A DNA stretch of 47,777 nucleotides. It comes from an uncultured Anaerolineaceae bacterium. GTDB lineage: Bacteria; Chloroflexota; Limnocylindria; Limnocylindrales; CSP1-4. The first letter of the stretch is position 1, and the number at the start of each line of letters is the position of its first letter. The stretch is from contig CAYRMQ010000007.1 of assembly GCA_964425305.1 (NCBI GenBank), positions 1 to 47,777 on the forward strand, given 5' to 3'. Positions 37,872-46,973 of this stretch are shown here, piece by piece. The notes beneath the pieces are model-generated. The model made no database searches and had not been told where the DNA came from. It was given only the letters and a program-made list of their open reading frames with translations. A program made the position numbers and the translations under genes.

Positions 37872-38854
37872 TTGTCTGTCGTCGTGGCTATCGCGCTCAG
37901 CAGCCGATCGGCGGCGGTGTAGGGATCGAGCTCGTGATCAGCCACCGCTGCCAGGACGGCCTCGGTCGCGGTCCGGCGCTCGTCGTCGAGCAGCATCTCG
38001 CGCACGCGCGCGCCGAGCGTCGCGAAGACGAGCGCTTCGGCGCGGGCCAGCGGCGATCGGTCGGGCTGCGCGCCGTCGTCGGTCGAGCTCAGCGCCTGCT
38101 CTCGGCGGTCGAGCGCGGCGAGCAGCTCGGGCACGCCCGCGCCGGTGAGGCCCGAGGCGAGCACGACGTCCGGCCGCTTGGGGCGCGGCCGGTAGCCCAT
38201 CGCGCGGTCGTGCTGGGCGCCGACCGTCAGCATGCCGCGCAGCTGCCCCGCCGCGCGGTCGGCGCCGGGCCGGTCGGCCTTGTTGACGACGACGATGTCG
38301 GCAACCTCGAGCAGGCCGGCCTTGATCGCCTGCACCTCGTCGCCCATGTCGGGCGCCTGGACGACCAGCGTCGTGTCGGCGATCGAGGCGATCTCGACCT
38401 CGCTCTGGCCGGTGCCGACGGTTTCGATGAAGATCAGCGGGAAGCCGGCCGCGTCGAGCACGGCCGCCGCCGCCACAGTCGATGTGGCCAGGCCGCCGAC
38501 GTGGCCGCGCGAGGCCATCGAGCGGATGAACACGTCGCCGTCGCCGGCGTGCGCCTGCATGCGCACGCGGTCGCCGAGGATCGCCCCGCCGGTGATCGGG
38601 CTCGAGGGATCGATGGCGAGCACCGCCACCGGCCGACCCGCCGCCCGCGCCTCGGACACCAGCGCGGCGACCAGCGTGCTCTTGCCCGAGCCCGGCGCGC
38701 CGGTGACGCCGACGAGGTGCGCTCGCCCGGCCAGCGGATAAAGCTCGCGCAGGGCGCGTTCGGCCGCCGGCGTGCGGTTCTCGACCTCGCTGAGCAGGCG
38801 CGCCAGCGCGCGCCGGTCGCCGGCGCGCGCGCGTTCGGTCAGGCTGGCGCTCAC
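37868..38854 (-). CDS. meaB: Acyl-CoA mutase-associated GTPase MeaB
   Basis: [49 protein letters not shown]. Confidence 0.96.
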   Translation of the reverse strand: MSASLTERARAGDRRALARLLSEVENRTPAAERALRELYPLAGRAHLVGVTGAPGSGKSTLVAALVSEARAAGRPVAVLAIDPSSPITGGAILGDRVRMQAHAGDGDVFIRSMASRGHVGGLATSTVAAAAVLDAAGFPLIFIETVGTGQSEVEIASIADTTLVVQAPDMGDEVQAIKAGLLEVADIVVVNKADRPGADRAAGQLRGMLTVGAQHDRAMGYRPRPKRPDVVLASGLTGAGVPELLAALDRREQALSSTDDGAQPDRSPLARAEALVFATLGARVREMLLDDERRTATEAVLAAVADHELDPYTAADRLLSAIATTTDK

Positions 38855-39258
38855 CCCTCGCGCTGGCGGGCGTTGCCGCGGATGTACTCGGCGACCTCGC
38901 GGATGGTGGTGCCCGGCCCGAAAACGCGGCTGACGCCGGCCTCGCGCAGCGCCGGGATGTCGACGTCGGGGATGATGCCGCCGGCCGTCACGAGCACGTC
39001 GTCGAGCCCCTCTCCGCGCAGCCCGTCGCAGATCTTGGGCAGCAGCGTCATGTGCGCGCCCGACAGGATCGACAGGCCGACGACGTCGACATCCTCCTGC
39101 AGCGCAGCCGAGACGATCATCTCGGGCGTCTGGCGCAGGCCGGTGTAGATCACCTCGAAGCCCTCGTCGCGCAGCCCGCGGGCGAGCACCTTGGCGCCAC
39201 GATCGTGGCCGTCGAGGCCCGGCTTGGCGATCAGGACCTTGATGGGGCGCGTCGTCAT
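38851..39258 (-). CDS. Cobalamin-binding small subunit of an acyl-CoA mutase
   Basis: [12 protein letters not shown] (DxHxxG), SILSGAH, GGIIP, FGPGT. Confidence 0.95.
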   Translation of the reverse strand: MTTRPIKVLIAKPGLDGHDRGAKVLARGLRDEGFEVIYTGLRQTPEMIVSAALQEDVDVVGLSILSGAHMTLLPKICDGLRGEGLDDVLVTAGGIIPDVDIPALREAGVSRVFGPGTTIREVAEYIRGNARQREG

Positions 39259-39320
39259 CGCGCCTGATGATACGCGGGCACCAGCGTGGCCAGCCGCCCG
39301 CGACGGCCCGGCCCCCCGCT

Positions 39321-39782
39321 TCAGCGAGTGCCGGCGGCCACGTCCGGCAGGTGCTCCTCGTAGTGGCCGTAGGTGTTCGCCGCGATGACCTGTGCCGGCC
39401 AGCCGTCGACGGCGGTCAGCTGCTCGTCGGTCATGTAGCCGATCTGGCGGCGAAGGCGGCGGAAGGACGTCTGCAGACCGTCGAAGATCTCACCGACGGT
39501 CCGTCCCTCGGCGGCGCGCGCCACGCGCGCGTTGAACGTGTCGACGTCGTCGCGCAGCGGCTGCTTGTCACCGGTTTTCATGTACGCGATCAGGCGCTCG
39601 TTGGCGTTGTCGTGCCAGGCGGCGACGTGGGCGAGCATCTGCTTGCGCGTCCAGCCCGCCGGCAGGCGTGCGTCGAGGTGCTCGGCCGGGAAGGCGTCGA
39701 CGCGGCGCTGGAACTCGGCCCAGCCGTCGTCGACGCGGGCGAGGGTCTGGCGGATCGTGGTCGGCAGAGCGTCTTCGCTCAT
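39321..39782 (-). CDS. DinB-like / ClbS-DfsB four-helix-bundle protein
   Basis: [14 protein letters not shown] and NTYGHYEEH motifs. Confidence 0.85.
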   Translation of the reverse strand: MSEDALPTTIRQTLARVDDGWAEFQRRVDAFPAEHLDARLPAGWTRKQMLAHVAAWHDNANERLIAYMKTGDKQPLRDDVDTFNARVARAAEGRTVGEIFDGLQTSFRRLRRQIGYMTDEQLTAVDGWPAQVIAANTYGHYEEHLPDVAAGTR

Positions 39783-39802
39783 TGTGGGACCCCCCACTCT
39801 GC

Positions 39803-42472
39803 TCATTGTGCGCTCCGAAGCATAGCCTCAGCCTCGGCGGCGTAGTAGCTCGCCCCGACCGACCGCCAAAACGAGCGCGCCGCCTCGAGTGTGCGGCCGG
39901 CATCCGACTTCCGGCCATCGGCCAGGAGCTGCCGCCCGGCGCGCAACTGGAGGTACGCCTGTAGCGGCAGCGAGCCGACGGGCGAGGCGATCTCGAGCGC
40001 TCCGAGTAGGTCACCCTCGATGATCGCGGCGAGCAGGTCGTGCCACACTGTCCTCGGAGTCACTGCGCGCAGCTGACCGAGCAGCTCATCGGCTCCGCCG
40101 AGCTCGTCGGCGACCCACGCGAGCGTTACCAGCGGCGGCGTCCAGCCCGGCACCACATCGTGAACTGGGTCGAGGGCGATCAGCTCCTCGACGTAGCGCG
40201 CAGCCTCCGAGCGCCGGCCGAGCCTGATCTCGACCAGCGCGCGCATGGCGAGCGCCATCTGCATCCATTGCGGCTCCTTGGCGTCGCGCGCGTAGGCCAA
40301 CGCCGTCTCCGAATCGGCATCAGCCTCCGCCTGCCTGCCGGAAGCGAGATTCATGTCCGCACGCAGCACGAGCGCGGCGATGGCCAACGAGCGGGGCCCA
40401 CCGCCCTCGATGACCCCGTCGGCCAAACGGCGCGCCTCCGCCCAGTCGCCGGTGACGTAGCGCTCGCCGATCGACTGATGGGCGAGGAACCAAAAGGTGC
40501 CGCCGGCCCGGCCGAAGCGCTCGGCCACGGCCAGGCCCTCGCGCAGCACCTCGAGCCCTGCCCTGAAATCGCCCCATCGAGCATAGGAGACGGCCAGGTT
40601 GTTGTACGCCCGACCGCTCTCCAGCGAGTTGATCCGCAGCGCGATCTGCAGGCCGCGCCGAATGTCGTCGAGCCCCTCACGCTCGCCCTTGGCGGCGCGG
40701 GCAGTGCCGATGTTGACCCACGCGTGCGCCTCGATCTCGTCGACGCCGAATTGCTGCGCCATCGCCAGCGCCTCTCGGCCAACCGCGATGCCCTCGTCGT
40801 TGCGGCCGGCGACCATGTGGTAGCGCGCAACCTCGGACAGCACGCGCGCCTTTGCCGCAGACGGCGGCGCATCGGCGACGAGGGCGCGGGCGCGCTCGAG
40901 GTGCTCGTAGGCACGGTCACGTGTGCCTCCTATCCAGGCGCGGTCACTGAGCAGCACCTCGGCCTCCGATGCCGACTCGCGATCGCCGCCTCCGCGCAGC
41001 ACCTCCGCCGCCTCCCGCAGATGCGCTTCCCCGCCTCCATCGGCGAGGTACTCGGCAGTACCGAGCTCGAGCAGCAGCCTCCCGCGATCAGCGTCGTCGG
41101 GCGGCCACAGCGAAAGCGCTCGCCGGTAATAGCCGGCTGCGGCAGCGAACGCGTTCAATCCCGTCGCCCGCTCGCCGGCGCGCCGGAGGGCCAGACGCGC
41201 GCGGTCGGCGATCGGCTCCGTCGGTCGGCCGGCAGCCGGGGCGAGCTCGAGCGCCAGCAGGTAGTGGTGCGCAAGCATCTCGGCGTGATCCTCGGTTCGG
41301 CCGAGCGACTCGATCCAGCCCGCCACGGCAAGATGCTTGTCGACCCTCGCGGCCCTCGGAATCTGTCCGTACGCGACATCGCGGATGAGCAGATGCCTGA
41401 AGGCGAACTCGGTCTCACCGGCGACCGAAGTACGGCGCTCGCGGCGCACGAAGTCCTTGCGCTCGAGACCGTGCAGACGGTCCTCGACCAGTGGTCGCTC
41501 GATTTCGGCCACCTGCGCCAGCGCGGAGACCCACAAGATCTTGCCGACGACGGCCGCACCCTGGACCAGGGGCTTCTCGTCGAACGGCAACGCATCGAGG
41601 CGGGCGGCGATGATGCCCTGGACTGTCGCCGGTAGCTCGGCGGGCTCGCGGCCCTCCTCGACCAGTCGCACGAACTCCTCGGCATAGAGGGGATTGCCCT
41701 CCGCGCGCTCGATCAGCCTCTGGCGGACGGCGTCAGGCAGCTGGCGATCGCCAAGCAGGCCGCTCACGAGGCGGGAGCTGCCTTCCTCGCCGAGCGGCGT
41801 CAGCCTGACGGTGAGGGCATTCGTCTTGCCACCGCTCCACGCCGGTCGCCGTGCCAGGAGCTCGAGGCGAGCAGTCGCCACGACCAGCAGCGGCACCCCG
41901 CTCACCCAGTCGACGAGGTGGTCGACGAAGTCGAGGAGGTCATCGCCGGCCCAGTGCAGGTCCTCGAAGATGAGCACCAGCGGGCGCTGCTCGGCCATTG
42001 CCTCGAAGAAGCGCCGCCAGGCGGCGAATGACTCCGCCCGGCGGTCGCTGCTCGGTGAGCTGCTGGCCTCCAGCCCGACCAGCGGACGGAGATGGCCTTG
42101 CAGCCATGCTCGCTCTTCAGGCTCGGCTACAAGCCCTTCGATCGCTCGCCGAAGACGCTCCGCAGCGGTCGTGTCGTCGTCGCTCTCGAGGATGCCCGCG
42201 TGCGCCTTGATCATGTCGGCCAGGGCCCAGAAGCTGACCCCTTCGCCGTACGGCAGCGAGCGCCCGTGGCGCCAGCAGATCAGGCGCCCGCCGTGCTCGA
42301 TCATCCGGAATAGCTCGTAGACGAGGCGCGACTTGCCGATGCCGGGAACGCCGACGATGGTCACGAGCTGCGACTCGCGCTCGGCGATAGCGCGCTCGAG
42401 CGCTTCCCACAGCAGCGCCCGCTCGCGGTCGCGTCCGACCAACGCCGACCTTGCCTCGCGCTCGACTTTCAC
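39803..42472 (-). CDS. STAND-type AAA ATPase + TPR-like repeats (C-terminal part of a frameshifted cyclase-ATPase gene)
   Basis: LVGRDRE, GVPGIGKSRL, FEDLHWA, GNPLYAEE, FRHLLIRDVAY, then helical repeats. Confidence 0.88.
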   Translation of the reverse strand: MKVEREARSALVGRDRERALLWEALERAIAERESQLVTIVGVPGIGKSRLVYELFRMIEHGGRLICWRHGRSLPYGEGVSFWALADMIKAHAGILESDDDTTAAERLRRAIEGLVAEPEERAWLQGHLRPLVGLEASSSPSSDRRAESFAAWRRFFEAMAEQRPLVLIFEDLHWAGDDLLDFVDHLVDWVSGVPLLVVATARLELLARRPAWSGGKTNALTVRLTPLGEEGSSRLVSGLLGDRQLPDAVRQRLIERAEGNPLYAEEFVRLVEEGREPAELPATVQGIIAARLDALPFDEKPLVQGAAVVGKILWVSALAQVAEIERPLVEDRLHGLERKDFVRRERRTSVAGETEFAFRHLLIRDVAYGQIPRAARVDKHLAVAGWIESLGRTEDHAEMLAHHYLLALELAPAAGRPTEPIADRARLALRRAGERATGLNAFAAAAGYYRRALSLWPPDDADRGRLLLELGTAEYLADGGGEAHLREAAEVLRGGGDRESASEAEVLLSDRAWIGGTRDRAYEHLERARALVADAPPSAAKARVLSEVARYHMVAGRNDEGIAVGREALAMAQQFGVDEIEAHAWVNIGTARAAKGEREGLDDIRRGLQIALRINSLESGRAYNNLAVSYARWGDFRAGLEVLREGLAVAERFGRAGGTFWFLAHQSIGERYVTGDWAEARRLADGVIEGGGPRSLAIAALVLRADMNLASGRQAEADADSETALAYARDAKEPQWMQMALAMRALVEIRLGRRSEAARYVEELIALDPVHDVVPGWTPPLVTLAWVADELGGADELLGQLRAVTPRTVWHDLLAAIIEGDLLGALEIASPVGSLPLQAYLQLRAGRQLLADGRKSDAGRTLEAARSFWRSVGASYYAAEAEAMLRSAQ

Positions 42473-43089
42473 CCGCGCGCGTGCCTGAACTGCCTCAAGG
42501 CCGGCAGCGGCGCCGCCTTGCCCTTCGCTCGCAGCGGCGTCAGCGCGCGGTAGTCGATTGCCTGCCGGGTGGCCTGGAAGGTCTGCTCGCCGACCACGAT
42601 ACCGCCGACCGGTGACGCCGCCTGCAGGCGGGCAGCGGTGTTGACGACGTCGCCCGCGGCGACCAGTTCTTGGCCCAGGCTGATGAGGGCCTCGCCCGTA
42701 TTGACGCCGATGCGCAGCTCTATGCCCTCTTCGACGGCCCAGTCGCGGATGGCGAGAGCTGCGCGCAGTGCGCGCTCGGGATCGTCCTCGTGCGCGGCCG
42801 GCACGCCGAAGATGGCCATCACGGCGTCACCGATGAGCTTCTCGACCGTGCCGCCGAAGCGCTCGAGCTCGCTGCGCAGGTGTGTGTGGTACGGCTCGAG
42901 CATGGCGCGCACGTCTTCGGGATCCATCTGCTCGGCGCGCGACGTGAAGCCAGCCAGGTCGGCGAATACGACGGTGATGACCTTGCGCTCCTGACGTCGC
43001 TCCACGACTGCGCCCAGACTCGTACCGCAGCGCGAGCAGAAGCGCGCCGCGGGCTCGTTCTCATGTCCGCAGGCAGGGCAGGCGGCCAT
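42469..43089 (-). CDS. Double zinc ribbon + class III nucleotidyl cyclase (N-terminal part of the frameshifted gene)
   Basis: CPACG...FCSRCG, FADLAGFT, KLIGDAVM, RIGVNTG, GDVVNTAARLQ, KGK; ATG at 43089. Confidence 0.9.
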   Translation of the reverse strand: MAACPACGHENEPAARFCSRCGTSLGAVVERRQERKVITVVFADLAGFTSRAEQMDPEDVRAMLEPYHTHLRSELERFGGTVEKLIGDAVMAIFGVPAAHEDDPERALRAALAIRDWAVEEGIELRIGVNTGEALISLGQELVAAGDVVNTAARLQAASPVGGIVVGEQTFQATRQAIDYRALTPLRAKGKAAPLPALRQFRHARG

Positions 43090-43100
43090 GATCGAGCTAC

Positions 43101-43766
43101 TCACAGGCTGGGCGGGCGGCGTTCCAGGTGGGAGAAGAACTCGGCGCGCGTGCGGTCGGCGCTGCGGAAGAGGCCGAGCACGTGGCTGGTGGTCATGATC
43201 GTGCCCGGCTTGCGCACGCCGCGCATGACCGCGCACAGGTGCGACGCCTCGATGACGACGCCGACGCCGCGCGGCTGGAGGCGCTCCATCAGGAAGTCGG
43301 CGATCTGCTTGGTCAGCCGCTCCTGCACCTGCAAGCGGCGGGCGTACATCTCGACGATGCGCGGGATCTTCGACAGACCGATCACCCGGCCCTGCGGGAT
43401 GTAGGCCACGGCGGCCTGGCCGAAGAACGGCAGCAGGTGGTGCTCGCACAGGCTGTAGAAGGGGATGTCCTTGACGACGACCATCTCGCTGTAGTCCTCG
43501 TCGAAGATGGCGCGGTTGATCAGCCGCTCGGGATCGACGTGATAGCCGGCGGTCAGCTCACGGTACATGCGGTGCACGCGCGCGGGCGTGCCGAGCAGCC
43601 CGACGCGATCGGGGTCCTCGCCGATCTCGACGAGGATCTGGCGAACGGCGGCCTCGACGCTGTCAGGCCCGGGCTCGGCCGCCGGGACACGGCCATCGGT
43701 CTCGCCGACCTCGCGCTCGATCTCATCGACGACGGTGCGCACCTCGTCGGGTAGCCTGCGGTCCAT
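43101..43766 (-). CDS. folE: GTP cyclohydrolase I
   Basis: [34 protein letters not shown]; ATG at 43766 chosen from the leaderless -10. Confidence 0.97.
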   Translation of the reverse strand: MDRRLPDEVRTVVDEIEREVGETDGRVPAAEPGPDSVEAAVRQILVEIGEDPDRVGLLGTPARVHRMYRELTAGYHVDPERLINRAIFDEDYSEMVVVKDIPFYSLCEHHLLPFFGQAAVAYIPQGRVIGLSKIPRIVEMYARRLQVQERLTKQIADFLMERLQPRGVGVVIEASHLCAVMRGVRKPGTIMTTSHVLGLFRSADRTRAEFFSHLERRPPSL

Positions 43767-43798
43767 CGGCCGATTGTGCCACGCATACACTCCTGGGC

Positions 43799-44263
43799 AT
43801 GAATGGCCAGAGCCTGCAGGAGCTTTACGCGCCGCAAACCATCTGCTTCGGCTGCGGGCCGGCCAACCCGGCGGGTCTCCACGTGCGCAGCTTCCCGCGC
43901 GGTGACGAGGTCGTCGCCGACTGGACGCCCGGCCCGCACCACGAGGCGTTTCCGGGCGTGCTCAACGGCGGAATCATCGGCACGCTGCTCGACTGCCACT
44001 GCAACTGGACGGCGTCCCACCACCTGATGCAGCGCCTGGGGCGCGAGAGGCCGCCGACGACCGTCACGGCCGACTACCACATCACGCTCCACCAGCCCAC
44101 GCCGTCGGACCGACCGCTCAGGTTGCGGGCACGCGTCGTCGATTCGTCCGACCGGCGGGCGACGGTCGAGGGCACGCTCGAGGCCGATGGCCGGGCGACG
44201 GCCAGCTGCCGGGCGACGTTCGTCGCCGTCCGGCCCGGCCATCCCGCCTACGATCGCTGGTAG
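43799..44263 (+). CDS. PaaI-family hotdog thioesterase
   Basis: [26 protein letters not shown] and VTA motifs. Confidence 0.9.
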   Translation: MNGQSLQELYAPQTICFGCGPANPAGLHVRSFPRGDEVVADWTPGPHHEAFPGVLNGGIIGTLLDCHCNWTASHHLMQRLGRERPPTTVTADYHITLHQPTPSDRPLRLRARVVDSSDRRATVEGTLEADGRATASCRATFVAVRPGHPAYDRW

Positions 44264-45249
44264 GCGCTCGGCGGGCGCTGGTGGCTGGCCGCCTCGTCGA
44301 GCAGGCGCGCCAGGTCGGCGCTCAGGCGGTCCGGCGCGTAGCGCATCAGGTTGTGCCCAGTGCCGACGTTGACCTCGACCATCGCGGCGCCCGAGCCGCG
44401 TTCGGCGCGGGTGCGCAGCACCTCGTCGAGCGCGAGCCGCCGCTCACGGCTGGTCTCGTCGTCGGCCGCGCCGCTCTCGGTGACGGCCACGAGCAGGGGC
44501 ATCGGCAGGCCGGCGAGCACGTCGGCCGGCTGATAGCCGAACATCGCCGCCACGCAGCCGCGCAGAGCATGGATGCGCGTCACCGGCACGACATGGCCGG
44601 CGTGCTTCTCGTCGACCGTCGCCCGGGCGGCGCGCTCCTGATCGGCGTCCCAGGTCGGCGGATCGAACTCGCGCCGGTCGGCCAAGAAGGCATTCATCGA
44701 GGCGAGAACCTCCGGCGGATCGCCGAGCGTCTGCTCGAACTCGGCCGGCGTCTGGCCCGTAGCCTCGGCGACGTCCTCCCAGCCGCCGTCGATGAGGCCG
44801 ACGCCCGCGACCGAGTCCGGCTGGAGATCGGCCATCGTCGCCGCCACCATCGCGCCCAGGCCGTGCCCGCAGATGACGGCCGGCGGGCCGTTCGCGTCAC
44901 GTCCCCAGCCGTTGGCGACGAGGACGGTCAGCGCGTCGTAGGCGAGCGACTCCAGCTCGTAGCCTGACCGCGGCGAGTCGGACAGGCCGTGGCCGCGCAG
45001 GTCGAGCGCCAGCACACGGGTGAGGTTGCGCAGCCGCCGTGCGACTGGTGCCCACGACCACGCCGTCTGGGCGAGGCCGTGGATCAGCAGCAGCGGCGGC
45101 AGGTCGAGGCGCGCGCCGTCGCCGCCATCCGCGTCCGGCGCAGAGCCCCAGTCGAGATAGTGGATGCGCTCGCCGGTGTCGACCGTGACGAGTAGCGAAT
45201 CCGGCTCGCCGGACCACGGCTCGAGTCGACGTACGGGTTCGGCGGCCAC
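44248..45249 (-). CDS. Alpha/beta-hydrolase-fold protein lacking the Ser nucleophile
   Basis: LLIHG, DLRGHGLSD, nucleophile elbow GHGLG, IDGG, GTGHN. Confidence 0.88.
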   Translation of the reverse strand: MAAEPVRRLEPWSGEPDSLLVTVDTGERIHYLDWGSAPDADGGDGARLDLPPLLLIHGLAQTAWSWAPVARRLRNLTRVLALDLRGHGLSDSPRSGYELESLAYDALTVLVANGWGRDANGPPAVICGHGLGAMVAATMADLQPDSVAGVGLIDGGWEDVAEATGQTPAEFEQTLGDPPEVLASMNAFLADRREFDPPTWDADQERAARATVDEKHAGHVVPVTRIHALRGCVAAMFGYQPADVLAGLPMPLLVAVTESGAADDETSRERRLALDEVLRTRAERGSGAAMVEVNVGTGHNLMRYAPDRLSADLARLLDEAASHQRPPSAYQRS

Positions 45250-45266
45250 GCCGATAGCATAGGCAC
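45250..45266. promoter_or_regulatory. Bidirectional -10 element serving two leaderless genes
   Basis: TAGCAT (+, 45255-45260) lies 6 nt before GTG 45267, and TATGCT (-, 45261-45256) lies 6 nt before GTG 45249. Confidence 0.6.
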
Positions 45267-45704
45267 GTGCCTCTCCGTCGCCGCGGCCGCCAATTCCGCC
45301 GCTGCCTGCACCGGCGCGTGCCGCTGTCGCCCGCGCCGGCGGGCGCGGACGCCTTCGAGCGCCTCGTCGAGGGCGCGCTCGACGAGCTGCCGGCGCACGT
45401 CAGGCGACTGCTCGAGAACGTCGCCGTCGTCATCGAGGATGAGCCGACGTCGGCCCAGCTGCGCACGAGCGGACTCGGGCCGCGCGAGTCGTTGTACGGG
45501 CTCTACGAGGGGACGCCGGGTGTCGAGTACGGCGCTGACTGGGTCGCCTTTCCGAACAAGATCAGCCTCTTCCGGCGGCCGCTCGAGGAGGACTTCGTCG
45601 ACCCCAACGAGCTGGCCGAACAGGTGCGCCGGACTGTCGTCCACGAGCTGGCCCACCATGCCGGCATCGACGACGAGCGGCTCGAGCGCTACGGCCTCGA
45701 TTGA
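45267..45704 (+). CDS. Zincin-like metallopeptidase (Zincin_1/DUF1025 type)
   Basis: LYGLYEG, PNKISLFRRP, TVVHELAHHAGIDD (HExxH). Confidence 0.9.
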   Translation: MPLRRRGRQFRRCLHRRVPLSPAPAGADAFERLVEGALDELPAHVRRLLENVAVVIEDEPTSAQLRTSGLGPRESLYGLYEGTPGVEYGADWVAFPNKISLFRRPLEEDFVDPNELAEQVRRTVVHELAHHAGIDDERLERYGLD

Positions 45705-45738
45705 ACACACCCGCTTGTAATCCGCCTCTGTAATCCAG

Positions 45739-45767
45739 CTCACTTGCGCGTTTGCGCAAACAGTGAG
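45739..45767. promoter_or_regulatory. Putative ArsR-family operator
   Basis: TTGCGC-N4-GCGCAA overlapping the perfect palindrome GTTTGCGCAAAC, flanked by CTCACT/AGTGAG, just upstream of the ArsR gene. Confidence 0.5.
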
Positions 45768-45778
45768 AAGATCCCGCC

Positions 45779-46078
45779 ATGACCGGGGCTGTGCTCCCGA
45801 TTGGCGAGCCTGGACGGCAGCGCAGTGCGGCAATCGCCCGTGCTCTGGCGGATCCAAAGCGGCTGTGCGTCCTCGAGACGCTGGCAGCCGGGGAGAGGTC
45901 CGTCAGCGACCTGTCACGTGAGGTCGGCTGCCAGGTGCCGAACATGAGCCAGCACCTGTCTGTCTTGCGCGCGGCGGGCCTCGTCAGGGCCCGGCGGGAC
46001 GGAAGCACGGTCTACTACAGCCTCGCGGACCAGCGTGTGCTCGAGGCGTACCGGCTGCTACAGGCGATCGCCGGCTAG
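45779..46078 (+). CDS. ArsR/SmtB-family transcriptional regulator
   Basis: ALADPKRL, SVSDL, SQHLSVLRAAGLV, VYYSL. Confidence 0.93.
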   Translation: MTGAVLPIGEPGRQRSAAIARALADPKRLCVLETLAAGERSVSDLSREVGCQVPNMSQHLSVLRAAGLVRARRDGSTVYYSLADQRVLEAYRLLQAIAG

Positions 46079-46137
46079 GCATCATCGCCGGCCAGGCATC
46101 GCAGACCGCCTGCGGCGGAGAAAGGAACATCGAGCGG

Positions 46138-46506
46138 ATGGCTGATATCAAGGTCGCGACCGACGCGAACTTCGAAGAGCTCGTGCTCAAGAGCGAGCGG
46201 CCCGTGGTCGTCGACTTCTGGGCCGCGTGGTGCGGTCCGTGCAAGATGGTCGCGCCCGAGATGGAGAAGTTGGCGGCCAAGTACGACGGCGCGGTCGACG
46301 TTGTCAAGGTCGACGTCGACGCCAACCCCGCCCTGTCGCAGGCATTCAACATCATGAGCATCCCCACGATCGCGTTCTTCCGGCCCGGCCACCAGCCGCA
46401 GGGCGTGGTCGGCTTCCGGCCGCTGGAGCAGCTCGAGCAGCAGTTCGGCCTGCACCAGTTCGCGCCGTCGGCCAACGGCGAGGCATCCGGCGCGCAGGGC
46501 AGCTGA
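46138..46506 (+). CDS. trxA: Thioredoxin
   Basis: VDFWAAWCGPCK and IMSIPT motifs; AAGGA SD. Confidence 0.96.
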   Translation: MADIKVATDANFEELVLKSERPVVVDFWAAWCGPCKMVAPEMEKLAAKYDGAVDVVKVDVDANPALSQAFNIMSIPTIAFFRPGHQPQGVVGFRPLEQLEQQFGLHQFAPSANGEASGAQGS

Positions 46507-46566
46507 ATCGTCACCGGAGGCGACTGATCGCCACTTCCTGATCGCTCAGGCGATCCTCCTCCTCTG

Positions 46567-46596
46567 CGAGACCCCGGCCAGCCGGCCGGGGTCTCG
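46567..46596. terminator. 13-bp perfect stem-loop between convergent genes
   Basis: CGAGACCCCGGCC-AGCC-GGCCGGGGTCTCG. Confidence 0.75.
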
Positions 46597-46607
46597 TCAT
46601 TGGCGCG

Positions 46608-46940
46608 TCACTGCCGCGGCCGGACGGCGCCGCGCCAGGCGCTCAGGAACCAGGCCTCCGCCCGGTCGACGGCGTGACGGTCGAGTTCGGGCGGCGCGAA
46701 CGTTACCCACTCCTCGCCGCGCGCGCAGGCTGCCGTCGATGGTGTGTGGCGGGCGGCATCGGCGATCTCGGGCTGGAGGCGCAGCTCGACGTGGTTGCCC
46801 TCGGCCGTCGCGAACAGGTTCCCGCCGCGGCGGTACTCGGCGCGCTCACCGCGCAACTCGACATGGATCTCGCCGAGCTTGGCCGACAGCGACTGAAAGA
46901 CGTCGACCAGGTCGCCGCCTTCGTGGCTCCCCTCGTTCAC
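46608..46940 (-). CDS. Hypothetical protein (110 aa)
   Basis: GTG start with GAGGGA SD, downstream of the mutase gene; the WV...AW pattern loosely recalls YjbR/MmcQ-like folds (weak). Confidence 0.75.
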   Translation of the reverse strand: MNEGSHEGGDLVDVFQSLSAKLGEIHVELRGERAEYRRGGNLFATAEGNHVELRLQPEIADAARHTPSTAACARGEEWVTFAPPELDRHAVDRAEAWFLSAWRGAVRPRQ

Positions 46941-46973
46941 CTATCCCTCGCTCTGCTCTCCCAGCCGGCTATC

